From assembly GCA_038231275.1 (NCBI GenBank), contig JBBRLQ010000005.1:1-64000 (forward strand): a stretch of 64,000 bases of DNA, written 5' to 3'. Made by a program: the position numbers and the translations under genes. This stretch comes from Polyangiales bacterium (GTDB taxonomy: Bacteria; Myxococcota_A; Polyangia; Polyangiales; Polyangiaceae). The notes under the pieces were generated by a model, which ran no database searches, was not told the origin of the DNA, and saw only the letters and a program-made list of their open reading frames with translations. Shown one piece after another: positions 30,866-39,868 of this stretch (positions are counted from its first letter, which is position 1; each line of letters opens with the position of its first letter).

Positions 30866-32627
30866 CCCGTTGCTCCAGCTCGCCGAACGAGAGCCGCGTC
30901 ACGACGGGCCGCCCGTGCGGGCAGTGCCCCGAGAAATCCACGTCGTCGAGCGCCGCGAGGAGGGCCCGCGCCTCGTCGGGCGAGACCGCGTCACCGGCGC
31001 GGACCGAGCCGTGGCATGCCATCGTCGCGAGCACGAGATCCATCGCGCCACCGAACGGCCGACCGGCGGCGCGGGTGACCTCGGCGACGACGTCGCGCAG
31101 CAGGCGCGCAGGACTGGCGCGATGGAGCAGCTGCGGCACGCCGTGCACGGCGACGCTCGACGGCCCGGCAGCGCGCGCTTCGATGCCGAGCGCTGCGAGC
31201 TCCTCGGGCGCGCCCTCGACCGCCGCGATCTCCGCCGGCGACAGCTCCACGAGCTCCGGCACGAGCAATCTCTGCATGGCGACGCCGCGCGACGCGAAGG
31301 CCCGTCGCAACCGCTCGAACGTCACGCGCTCGGCGGCCGCGTGTTGATCGAGGATGTAAATGCCGTCGTCGCCTTCGCAGACGAGGAACGTCCCGCGCGA
31401 CTGGGCGAGGAAGGTGAGGCGGCGGTAGAATCCGACGCCGTCGAAGAGGGTCGACGGGAGGGAAGATGAGGACGCGTAGGGCGAGTCGGTCGAAGTCGAA
31501 GTCGAAGTCGAAGTCGAGGTCGCGTTCCAGGTTTCGGTCGAGGTCGCGTTCGAGGTCGCGTTCGAGTAGCCATCGGCGCCGCGCGGGGAGGAGAGCGCTT
31601 GCTGGCGGTCCCACGGGCGCGAGGGCGGACCGAACGCCGGGAGGGCAAACGCCTTGGAGAGCGCGGTGTAGAGCTCGCGCGTCACGGCGTCGTGAACCGC
31701 GCGCGCGTCCTGGAAGCGGACCTCGGATTTTTGCGGATGGACGTTCACGTCCACTTCCTGCGATGGGAGCTCGAGGTAAACCGCGCCGACCGGGTAGCGA
31801 CCCGGCTCGAGCACCGAGCCGTAGGCCTGCGCGACGGCGCGCGCGAGCTGTCGGTTCTCGACCGGTCTGCCGTTCACGAAGACGTGAAGCGCTACGGCGC
31901 CAGCGCGCGCGCGCTCGGGAGCCGAGAGAAAGGCCTCGATTCGCATCGGCCCGCGCTCGCCGCGGCACGCTTGAAGCGCCTCGCCCGGGAAGATCTGACG
32001 CACCCGCTCATCGCGCGTCGCGACACGAAGATGCTCGCGCGACACCTTGCCGTCGCGCGCCAGTGTGAACGTCACGTCGGGGCGCCCGAGCGCGGCGAGC
32101 ATGACGACCTCCCCGACGTGCGCGCTCTCGGTCGCCGTCGACTTGAGGAATTTCTTGCGCGCGGGGACGTTGAAGAAGAGATCCTTCACCTCCACGATCG
32201 TGCCCTCCGCGCAGCCCGCGGGCCGGACGTTCGGCGCGCCGCCGCCGTCGAGTGACACCTCGATCCCTTCGCTCGTGCCGCGCGCGCGCGTCGTCAGCGT
32301 GAGGCGCGACACCGACGCGATGCTTGGCAGCGCCTCGCCGCGGAAGCCGAAGGTCGCGAGCCGCATCAGGTCATCGACCTCGCGGATTTTGCTCGTCGCG
32401 TGGCGCTCCACCGCGAGGCGCGCGTCGTCCTCGGCCATGCCCTCGCCGTCGTCCGCGACTCGGACGAGCGCGACGCCGCCGAGCTCCACGTCGACCCGGA
32501 CGCGCGTGGCGGCGGCGTCGAGGGCGTTCTCGAGCAGCTCCTTCACCACGCTCGCCGGTCGCTCCACGACCTCGCCCGCGGCGATCTGGTTGGCGAGATC
32601 GTCGGACAGGCGCCAAATTTTGCCCAT
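30852..32627 (-). CDS. mutL: DNA mismatch repair endonuclease MutL
   Basis: NQIAAGEVVERPASVVKELLENALDA, GFRGEAL, DVNVHP.K.EVRF, DQHAAAER, ACH, CPHGRP. Confidence 0.97.
   Translation of the reverse strand: MGKIWRLSDDLANQIAAGEVVERPASVVKELLENALDAAATRVRVDVELGGVALVRVADDGEGMAEDDARLAVERHATSKIREVDDLMRLATFGFRGEALPSIASVSRLTLTTRARGTSEGIEVSLDGGGAPNVRPAGCAEGTIVEVKDLFFNVPARKKFLKSTATESAHVGEVVMLAALGRPDVTFTLARDGKVSREHLRVATRDERVRQIFPGEALQACRGERGPMRIEAFLSAPERARAGAVALHVFVNGRPVENRQLARAVAQAYGSVLEPGRYPVGAVYLELPSQEVDVNVHPQKSEVRFQDARAVHDAVTRELYTALSKAFALPAFGPPSRPWDRQQALSSPRGADGYSNATSNATSTETWNATSTSTSTSTSTDSPYASSSSLPSTLFDGVGFYRRLTFLAQSRGTFLVCEGDDGIYILDQHAAAERVTFERLRRAFASRGVAMQRLLVPELVELSPAEIAAVEGAPEELAALGIEARAAGPSSVAVHGVPQLLHRASPARLLRDVVAEVTRAAGRPFGGAMDLVLATMACHGSVRAGDAVSPDEARALLAALDDVDFSGHCPHGRPVVTRLSFGELEQRVGRS
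31489..31563. repeat. (GTCGAA)x4 hexamer run plus three GAGGTCGCGTTC 12-mers in the MutL linker
   Basis: Read directly; encodes SNATSNATSTETWNATSTSTSTST. Confidence 0.85.
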
Positions 32628-33274
32628 TACGTCTCCGTGCGGGTCGCGCTCGCGGCCTCGAAGAACTCGCGCGTTCGGCGGCGCGTGAGCGCGAGCAGCA
32701 CGAGCCCGTAGCCGGCGAGCTGCAGCGCCATGAACGCGGTCGGCACCGCCCACAGGTGCCCGCGCACCCACTTCTGCGCATCGCGCTCCGCCGAGGTCCG
32801 TGGCTCGGGCACGAGCCCAAGGAGCCCCACGCGCGCCTCCACCGTCGCCGCGCGCACGTCGGGCGTGATCGCGTACGCGAGCACCACCACGAGCGCGTGG
32901 ACCGCCATCACCTGTAGCAGCGCCGAGCGCGCGCCGTTTCGTCCGGCCATCGCGCCCGCCGCGAGCCCCCACATCACGCTCCCGAGGAGGAGCGACGCGA
33001 TCGCGAGCGGGAACATGCGCGTCTTGGCCGCCTCGAGCACCGACACGTACTGCTGCGTGATCTTCTCGACCGCCTCGCGATCGGTCTGCTTCGCTTGCTC
33101 GAGCGCGAGGTCCGACGGATCGCTCTTGTAGAGGTTCACCGTCGCGCAGCCCTCGCTCGCCGCGCTCGCGCCGAAGACCCACGCGCAGATGAGCGCCAGG
33201 ATCAAATACCACGGCCGCGTCCGCTCGAAAGGCGGGGCGTTCGAGCTCCGTCGCGGCTCGGGGGGCACGGACAT
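32627..33274 (-). CDS. Hypothetical membrane protein (about 4 TM)
   Basis: Four hydrophobic segments; TAATG coupling to mutL. Confidence 0.7.
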   Translation of the reverse strand: MSVPPEPRRSSNAPPFERTRPWYLILALICAWVFGASAASEGCATVNLYKSDPSDLALEQAKQTDREAVEKITQQYVSVLEAAKTRMFPLAIASLLLGSVMWGLAAGAMAGRNGARSALLQVMAVHALVVVLAYAITPDVRAATVEARVGLLGLVPEPRTSAERDAQKWVRGHLWAVPTAFMALQLAGYGLVLLALTRRRTREFFEAASATRTET

Positions 33275-33396
33275 CGCCAAGCGACTTAGCACGAGGGGGA
33301 CGTCGACGCCCTCGGATTTGCGGTCCAATCGTGGTACTCCCGCCGGTGGCCGTGTCCGTCCGGGTAGCGATGGAGGGCGCGGGCGGGAGGACTCGA

Positions 33397-34272
33397 ATGC
33401 GTCGGATCAGCGTCGTTTTTGCATGGGCGATGGGGATCGCGTTGGGGCTCGCGGCCGCACATGCGGGTGCGCAGGCGTCGCAGGGCGCTGCCGAGGTGAA
33501 GCCGAAGCCGAAGGCGGCCGCGCTCCCGACCGGGGGCACGTTCACGGTGACCCCCGCCCTCCTCCAGAAGCTCAAGTCGTCCGACGAAGCGCAGATCCGC
33601 GCGGCGCTCGACGATCTGCGTCTCGCCGGCAAGTCGGCGCAAGCGGCCGCCCCGGCGATCGGCGATCTCCTCGAGCGCGGCACGACGACGGCGCTCGCCG
33701 AGGCTGCGCTCGACACGCTCGGCGACATGGAGGCCGAGGTCGCGAGCGAGCGCATGGCGGTGTACGTGCACCACCGGGACGTCGCGCTAAGGCGCGCCGC
33801 TGTGAAGGCGCTCATCAGGACGAAGGGCCCCGCGGCGGCCAAAGCGCTCCGTCGCGCCCTGGGCGACGCGGATCCAATGGTGCGCGGCGTCGCGGCGACG
33901 GGCCTCGGCACGCTGAAGGTCAAGGACGCCGTGCCCGAGCTCTTCATGGCGCTCGAGAACAAGATCGCCGAAGCCGCCGCCGCGATCGGCCAGCTCTGCA
34001 CGGGGACCGACTGCGATCAGCTCGCCGCGAAGCTCGGTCGCCTGCCGTTCGACGTCGTCACCGGCGGCCTCGATCAGATTCTGTTCCGACCGACCGCCGA
34101 GGTGAGCGACGACGAGAAGGTCAAGGTCATCGGCAAGCTCCGCGAGCTCGGCACGCAGGAGTCGAACAAATTCCTGAAGGACGTGCAGACGCGCTGGCCA
34201 AAGGGCGGCTCGGCCCGCGTGCGGCAGTCGATCGACCAAGCGGTGCTCGCGACGGCGGGAGGTGCGCAGTGA
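33397..34272 (+). CDS. Secreted HEAT-repeat protein
   Basis: Signal peptide ending AGA; repeats such as D.DPMVRGVAATGLG and LRRAAVKAL. Confidence 0.75.
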   Translation: MRRISVVFAWAMGIALGLAAAHAGAQASQGAAEVKPKPKAAALPTGGTFTVTPALLQKLKSSDEAQIRAALDDLRLAGKSAQAAAPAIGDLLERGTTTALAEAALDTLGDMEAEVASERMAVYVHHRDVALRRAAVKALIRTKGPAAAKALRRALGDADPMVRGVAATGLGTLKVKDAVPELFMALENKIAEAAAAIGQLCTGTDCDQLAAKLGRLPFDVVTGGLDQILFRPTAEVSDDEKVKVIGKLRELGTQESNKFLKDVQTRWPKGGSARVRQSIDQAVLATAGGAQ

Positions 34273-36134
34273 GCCGCCCGTTTGCCGCCGCCTCGTTCGT
34301 CTCGCTCGTCTCGCTGGCATCGCTGGCGCTCTTCGCCGCGAGCTGCGGCGGAGGGACCACCAGCATCCATGTATTTTCCACGGATTGGTCCGACGATCGC
34401 GGCGTTTCCATGGAAAACGTGCGGACTCGTCTCGGCGGGGCCAAGCCGACGCCCGGCGCCGACGTCGTCGTGGGCGTCGCCGGCAACGCCGACAAGCTCG
34501 TCGGTCTCCCGCTCACCGGCGGCAACAAGTGGACGTTCGCGCACCCGCTCGACTCGCGTCCACTCGTCGCGGGGGCGGTGGTCGTCGGGTCCGGCGGCGG
34601 AGAGCTCTTCGCCCTCGATGCGCTCCACGGAACCAAGCTCTGGGCGCGCCCGACGGGTGGCCTCGCGGTGCACGGTGCAGGCGACGACGGCGGCGTGACC
34701 GTCATCACGTTGTCCGGCGCGGGCGGCCACGGCTCGGTGCTCCTCGCGATCACGCACGACGGCGCGGTGGTGCGGCAGATCGAGACCGACAAATTGCTGG
34801 GCGCCCCCGCCGTCGTCTCGCGCATCGCGTTCGTGCCGTGGGCGAACCAGTACGTCTCCGCGCTCGATCTGTCGAACGGCGACGAGGCCGGCCGCGTCGT
34901 CCTCCGCGAGAAGACCAGCCGCGCGTGGACCGAAGGGAACTCCCTCTATTTCGGCGAGGTCGGCATCTTCCGTTTCGACGCGCACATCAAGGACGCGTCG
35001 CGAAACCTTGCCACGCACGTCGCGCTCCCCGTGCGCGAGCTCCCCGGCGCGCCGGTCCTCATGCAGGCAGGCGGCGAGCGCCTCGCTCCCGTCGCCGGCG
35101 CCACCGATCGCATCCGCCTTTACGCGCGCCCCTCGTCCGGCGATCCGCTCGGCATCGAGGACGATCGCTTCTTCGCCACGTATTTTCGCATCGTCATGGG
35201 CTTCGAGGCCAAGAAGGGCAACCTCGCGTGGGTGCACCTGCACGACAACGACGTCGTCGGCGGCGACGCGGCGAAGGGGGCGCTCGTCCTGTGCGACGAG
35301 CTGGGGAAGGTCACGGTCCTCGACGCGGCGTCCGGCGGCGTGAGCGCCACGCTCGATCTCGGCGAGCCGATCAAAGCGTGCATGGTGCAAGCAGAGGCGT
35401 TCGCGCCCACGTCGGGGCCGCGCACAGGCTCGCTCGCCGCGCAGATCGCCAAGAGCCTCGAGAGCAACGAGGCGCAGCTGGCGACCGGCAACCAGTTCCT
35501 CTTGCGAGAGCTCGCGACGCTGGACGACGAGGCGGCGACCAAGACGCTCGTGGATCTCGCCGAGAGCCCGCGCGCGGCTCCTCCGCTGGTCGCCGCCGCG
35601 CGCGACACCCTCGCGAGCCGCCGCAACGGCGCGCGTTTCATGGTCGAGTCGCTCCAAAAGCATTACGACTTCCTGCACGGCCAGCTTCGGACGCCGCCGG
35701 TCGGGCCGATGGCGCAGGCGCTGGCGGCGATGAACGAGAAGACCGCGGCGCCCGCGCTCGCCGATCACCTGATCGATCCCGCCGACAGCGAAGAGGACGT
35801 GAAGCAAGCCGCCGCGGCGCTCGTCGTGCTCGGCGGGCCGGGGCAGGTGCCACAGGCCAAGAGCTTCTTCGCGATGTACCGCGCCAGCGCCGACGGAGAC
35901 GACATGACCGCCGCACTGGTGAGCGCCGGTCAGGTCCTCCTCAAGTATGGGAGCAAGGACGGACGTGCGATCGTCGACGCCGCCCTCGGCGATCCGTTGA
36001 CGGTGGCCGCGGCGAAGGAGCGCCTCGAGGTGACGCTCCAGCAGGTCGAGCTCGAGCAGGGCGGCGCCGCGAAGCCGGAGCCCAAGGGCGACACCAAGCC
36101 CGCGCCCAAGCCCAAGCCCGAGCCCAAGAAGTGA
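34269..36134 (+). CDS. PQQ-like beta-propeller lipoprotein with C-terminal helical/HEAT domain
   Basis: GTGA overlap; lipobox AASC; ALD..G...W propeller blades. Confidence 0.7.
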   Translation: MSRPFAAASFVSLVSLASLALFAASCGGGTTSIHVFSTDWSDDRGVSMENVRTRLGGAKPTPGADVVVGVAGNADKLVGLPLTGGNKWTFAHPLDSRPLVAGAVVVGSGGGELFALDALHGTKLWARPTGGLAVHGAGDDGGVTVITLSGAGGHGSVLLAITHDGAVVRQIETDKLLGAPAVVSRIAFVPWANQYVSALDLSNGDEAGRVVLREKTSRAWTEGNSLYFGEVGIFRFDAHIKDASRNLATHVALPVRELPGAPVLMQAGGERLAPVAGATDRIRLYARPSSGDPLGIEDDRFFATYFRIVMGFEAKKGNLAWVHLHDNDVVGGDAAKGALVLCDELGKVTVLDAASGGVSATLDLGEPIKACMVQAEAFAPTSGPRTGSLAAQIAKSLESNEAQLATGNQFLLRELATLDDEAATKTLVDLAESPRAAPPLVAAARDTLASRRNGARFMVESLQKHYDFLHGQLRTPPVGPMAQALAAMNEKTAAPALADHLIDPADSEEDVKQAAAALVVLGGPGQVPQAKSFFAMYRASADGDDMTAALVSAGQVLLKYGSKDGRAIVDAALGDPLTVAAAKERLEVTLQQVELEQGGAAKPEPKGDTKPAPKPKPEPKK

Positions 36135-36159
36135 CGGCGAGCTCGCGGCGGTTCGTCGC

Positions 36160-36807
36160 CTAGAGACCGTCGTCCTTTGCGCCGTCGGTGATCCCGAGCT
36201 CGTCCTCGCGCGAGAAGAGGCAACACTCGCTCGCAGGCGGAAAATCGCGGCACGCGCCGGGGCGGTCCGCGTAAATCCCGCAGGTGTTGTCGCGGTGGAG
36301 GTGGTGGCAGCGCTTGTTCGCGCGCAGGGTGAGCACGACGCGGCCGTCCTTGCGACGCGACCACGGCGCGTGGAGGAGCTTCGCGAGCCCGGCGCGGCGG
36401 AAGCGCGCCACGTCCTTTTCGAGCAGGACGACCTCGTTGTCCTTGCAGCACGCGCCGCACGCGAGGCAATCGAGCGCGAGGGTCCGCGTCGCACCGGGAA
36501 AGATCGAGTCGCGCTCGGCGCGGCGGCGCACGATGTCGGTCGAGTCGTCGGGGATCCGCAAAAACGCGAGACCTCGGAGGGCGCCCTTTTGCGCGACGCC
36601 CCAGCGCTGCTTGCCGAGATCGAGCACCGACCAGAGGCCGAGATCGTTCACGTCTCCCCTCTTCGGCCGAGAAAAGACGAGCGTGGCTCGCTCGTGCGCG
36701 TCGAGGATTACGGCGTGCCCGCCGGCGCGGACGTGACGCGCGGCGTTCTCGGCGAAGCGCTCGGCGAACGCGCGGACGATGGGACGAACGAAGGTCGTGG
36801 CGGACAT
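36160..36807 (-). CDS. YkgJ-family Cys-cluster (Zn/Fe-binding) protein
   Basis: CLACGACC; C..L....CGIY..RP.ACR.FP. Confidence 0.85.
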   Translation of the reverse strand: MSATTFVRPIVRAFAERFAENAARHVRAGGHAVILDAHERATLVFSRPKRGDVNDLGLWSVLDLGKQRWGVAQKGALRGLAFLRIPDDSTDIVRRRAERDSIFPGATRTLALDCLACGACCKDNEVVLLEKDVARFRRAGLAKLLHAPWSRRKDGRVVLTLRANKRCHHLHRDNTCGIYADRPGACRDFPPASECCLFSREDELGITDGAKDDGL

Positions 36808-36839
36808 CGGTGCCGGACTCTAGTGGTACCCTCGCGCGT

Positions 36840-37826
36840 ATGAAAGCGATCGTCATCGCCGCGGCCGGAGGCCCCGAGCAGCTCGTCCTTCGCGAGGTTC
36901 CGACGCCTACGCCGAGCAGGGGCGAGGTGCGCGTGCGCGTCCACGCGAGCGCGATCAATCGCGCCGATCTCCTCCAGCGCATGGGCGTCTACCCCGCGCC
37001 GCCCGACGCGCCGCAGGACATCCCGGGCCTCGAGCTCGCGGGCGTCGTCGACGCGCTCGGCGACGGTGTCACGCGCCTCCGCGTGGGCGATCGCGTCTTC
37101 GGTCTCGTCGGCGGCGGCGCGTACGCCGAGCACGTGACGGCCCACGAGCGGACGCTCGCGAAGATTCCGGACGGCCTCTCCTTCACCGACGCCGCCGCGA
37201 TCCCCGAGGCGTTCATCACCGCATACGACGCGATGGTCACGCAGGCGCGCCTGGCCGCCGGAGAGACGGTCCTCGTGACCGCGGTGGGCAGCGGCGTGGG
37301 GACCGCCGCGGTGCAAATCGCGCGCGCGATCGGCGCGACCGCGATCGGCACCTCGCGCACCGCCGACAAGCTCGCCCTCGCCACGCCGCTCGGAATGCGC
37401 CACGGCGTCACCGTCGGCAAGGACGGAAAATTCGCCGACGCCGTACGAAAGCTCACCGGCGACACTGGCGTGGACGTCGTCCTCGAGCTCGTCGGCGGCG
37501 CCTACGTGGAAGAGGACATCGCCTGCCTCGCGCCCCGCGGCCGCCTCGTCCTCGTCGGCCTCCTCGCGGGCGTTCGCGCCGACGTCGACCTCGGCACCGT
37601 CCTCCGCCGTCGCCTCGAAGTGCACGGCACCGTCCTCCGCGCGCGCCCCCTCGAAGAAAAAATCCTCGCCGCGCGGACCTTCGAGCGAAACGTCGTCCCG
37701 CTCATCGCGTCCGGCGCGATGAAGGCGATCGTCGGCAAGACATTCCCCCTCTCCGAAGCCGCCGCCGCCCACGCCTACGTCGCCGGCAACGACGGGTTCG
37801 GCAAGGTCGTGTTGCGAGTTCCGTAG
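36840..37826 (+). CDS. NAD(P)H-quinone oxidoreductase (PIG3/MDR family)
   Basis: INRADLLQRMG.YP.P, PGLE, GGAYAE, PEAFITA, GSGVGTAA, GKVVL. Confidence 0.92.
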   Translation: MKAIVIAAAGGPEQLVLREVPTPTPSRGEVRVRVHASAINRADLLQRMGVYPAPPDAPQDIPGLELAGVVDALGDGVTRLRVGDRVFGLVGGGAYAEHVTAHERTLAKIPDGLSFTDAAAIPEAFITAYDAMVTQARLAAGETVLVTAVGSGVGTAAVQIARAIGATAIGTSRTADKLALATPLGMRHGVTVGKDGKFADAVRKLTGDTGVDVVLELVGGAYVEEDIACLAPRGRLVLVGLLAGVRADVDLGTVLRRRLEVHGTVLRARPLEEKILAARTFERNVVPLIASGAMKAIVGKTFPLSEAAAAHAYVAGNDGFGKVVLRVP

Positions 37827-37938
37827 GGTCGCTCCGGATCCTCCGTCGTGCCTCGCACGACGTCGCGAAGCGGACCGGGGGAGGACTCCGCGCGAAGCGT
37901 GGAGGGGACCGGAGGTCCCAACAAGACTCGTAAACGAC

Positions 37939-37967
37939 GGAGCCCGTCCCTTTCGGGGACGGGCTCC
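37939..37967. terminator. Hairpin terminator between convergent genes
   Basis: Perfect 12-bp stem GGAGCCCGTCCC / GGGACGGGCTCC with TTTCG loop. Confidence 0.7.
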
Positions 37968-38758
37968 TAGTGGTTGCGGGCGTGCTCGAGGCACAAGTTC
38001 CGGAACGGCTTGCACTTGTCGCAGGTGCACTTGCGGATGTCGGCGCCGTCCTCTTCGAGCTGGCCGCATACGGCGCAAGTGCGGCCGCCGGTCGGCTTCG
38101 TCTCGACCTCCGCCATCGCGCCGCGGCGCGCAGCCTGGCGGACCTGGAGGTTTCGCCCTTTGACCATGCCCGCGAGGGTCCCGCCGAAGAAGAGGAAATA
38201 GTTGGCGAGCGCCGCCGTGATCGCCGCGCGATCGAACCAATCGCCGAGCACCGCCGTGTACACGACGTAGAGGCCCGCCAGGATCCCCAGCCACTTCACG
38301 CGAATGCTGAAGGGCACGAAGATGATCGGATTGAAGGGAAAATCCGGGTACAGCGTCGCGAACGCGAGGAGGCACGACATGTTCAGCCACGAGTTGCCGA
38401 CGGCGTGTCCGGTGATCCACGCGGCGATCGTCGTGCCGACCATCCCGAGAAAATAGAAGAGGTTGAACTTGAGCGGCCCCCACTCGCTCTCGAGGCTCGT
38501 CCCGATCGTCCACGCCCACGAGAGGGAGAAGATGATGAAGAGCAGGCTGTCGGTGCGCGGCAAGAACGCGTAGGTGACGAGGCGCCAGACCTGACCGCGC
38601 GCGACCTCGTGGAGATCGAGCGCGAGCAGCGACGCGTACTCGTGGTTCAATCGCGAGAGCACGAACACGATCGCCATCCCGCCGACGATGAACTGCGTCA
38701 GGTGCTCGATCGCGAATTTTCCGTAGCTGCGCTCGAGCTTCGCGAGGAACCGTTCCAC
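37967..38758 (-). CDS. Rhomboid-superfamily membrane protein without catalytic dyad, with C-terminal Cys/His Zn finger
   Basis: GQVWRLVTY, G..LE..WG...F; no GxSG; tail CAVC..CTCDKC..CLEH. Confidence 0.65.
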   Translation of the reverse strand: MERFLAKLERSYGKFAIEHLTQFIVGGMAIVFVLSRLNHEYASLLALDLHEVARGQVWRLVTYAFLPRTDSLLFIIFSLSWAWTIGTSLESEWGPLKFNLFYFLGMVGTTIAAWITGHAVGNSWLNMSCLLAFATLYPDFPFNPIIFVPFSIRVKWLGILAGLYVVYTAVLGDWFDRAAITAALANYFLFFGGTLAGMVKGRNLQVRQAARRGAMAEVETKPTGGRTCAVCGQLEEDGADIRKCTCDKCKPFRNLCLEHARNH

Positions 38759-38823
38759 TCCCCGGGTTCTACCGCGACCGCCACGACCGCGCTGTGATTT
38801 CGGACGCGCGCCTCAAGCGCCGC

Positions 38824-39399
38824 TCAAGGAGGTGAGCCGCACGTGAGCCAGAGCTTGATCTTCGCGAGATCGGCGGCCGAGACGTCGGGCGTCGGCGCGA
38901 GGGGCATGTGGTTGCCGCACGCGCCTGCCGCGCCCGTCGCGAGCAGGTTGCACGTGATCGCGCTTTGCGTCGGATCGCACGAGGTCGTGAGGTACGGCTT
39001 GCCGTTGATCTTGTAGGCCTTGAGCGCGGCCAACGTCGCCGTCGCATCGGTGAGGCCCGCCGGGCTGTTGCCGCCGGTCGCGTGACAGGCCGTGCCGTTC
39101 GCGCATTTGTACGTGCCGGCCGTGGCCATCAGCGCGGCATAGATGTCCGTCGCAAAGCTCGGGCATCCGGCGGCGTCCGGCGTGCATCCCGACGACGCGC
39201 CGCCGTCACCGCTCGTCCCGCTGCTTCCGCCCGAGTCCGGCGTCGGCGGGGCTTGATCGTCGGGACTGCGACCGGCGAGGCCCCCCGCGGGACCGAAGTG
39301 AGTGGGATCGTCGTTGCAGCCGCCGAACAGCGCGATGCCTGACAGGACGAGCGGCACGAGGACGAGCGCCACCGACTTCCGCTCCAGTCGCGAGGTCAT
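38824..39399 (-). CDS. Putative monoheme c-type cytochrome lipoprotein (planctomycete-cytochrome-like)
   Basis: Lipobox FGGC; CANGTACH (CX5CH); distal HMP and I..W...G C-terminal motif. Confidence 0.6.
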   Translation of the reverse strand: MTSRLERKSVALVLVPLVLSGIALFGGCNDDPTHFGPAGGLAGRSPDDQAPPTPDSGGSSGTSGDGGASSGCTPDAAGCPSFATDIYAALMATAGTYKCANGTACHATGGNSPAGLTDATATLAALKAYKINGKPYLTTSCDPTQSAITCNLLATGAAGACGNHMPLAPTPDVSAADLAKIKLWLTCGSPP

Positions 39400-39616
39400 G
39401 GTCCTATTGTGAAAGGCCGACCCCCGATCGCGCAACGACCTTTGCTGCGAATGCGCCTGCACGACGACGGCGTGGTCCAGGTGGTTCGTCGAAGATCCAC
39501 CGGATGGCTCCATCGCGGAGGCTCGTGTATCCTCAAGCCTCGGCAACATCGCGCCGTCGCACCGCCACGATCGTGGGTGCGTTTGATGCATCGACCGCCT
39601 CCGGGAGAACACCGCC

Positions 39617-39829
39617 ATGCTGGGACGCCTGCTCCTCCTCCTCGCCGTCGCATCCACCCTCGCCACCACCGCGTGCGTGAAGGTCGCCCCCTACGAGCGC
39701 GGCATGCTCGCGCATCCGACGATGACCACCGACGACGTCACCACGGGGCTCGACGAGCACGTTCGCGGCGTCTCCGAAGGGGCCGCGGGCGGCCTCGGTG
39801 GCGGCGGCGGGGGTTGTGGCTGCAACTGA
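39617..39829 (+). CDS. DUF4266-family small lipoprotein
   Basis: Lipobox TTAC; V.PYERG.LA.P.M; H...E; GGGGGCGCN C-terminus. Confidence 0.88.
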   Translation: MLGRLLLLLAVASTLATTACVKVAPYERGMLAHPTMTTDDVTTGLDEHVRGVSEGAAGGLGGGGGGCGCN

Positions 39830-39868
39830 TCGGGCTCACCCGCTGGCAAAGTTCTGTATCGTAACCGC

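Noticed and set aside
30852-34001. Apparent 1049-aa extended MutL
   Set aside because: MutL homology begins at ATG 32627; the upstream part overlaps two other genes and reflects stop scarcity at high GC
39806-39829. Selenocysteine readthrough at the DUF4266 GCGCN-TGA end
   Set aside because: Both Cys are normal codons and TGA follows the family's usual terminal Asn
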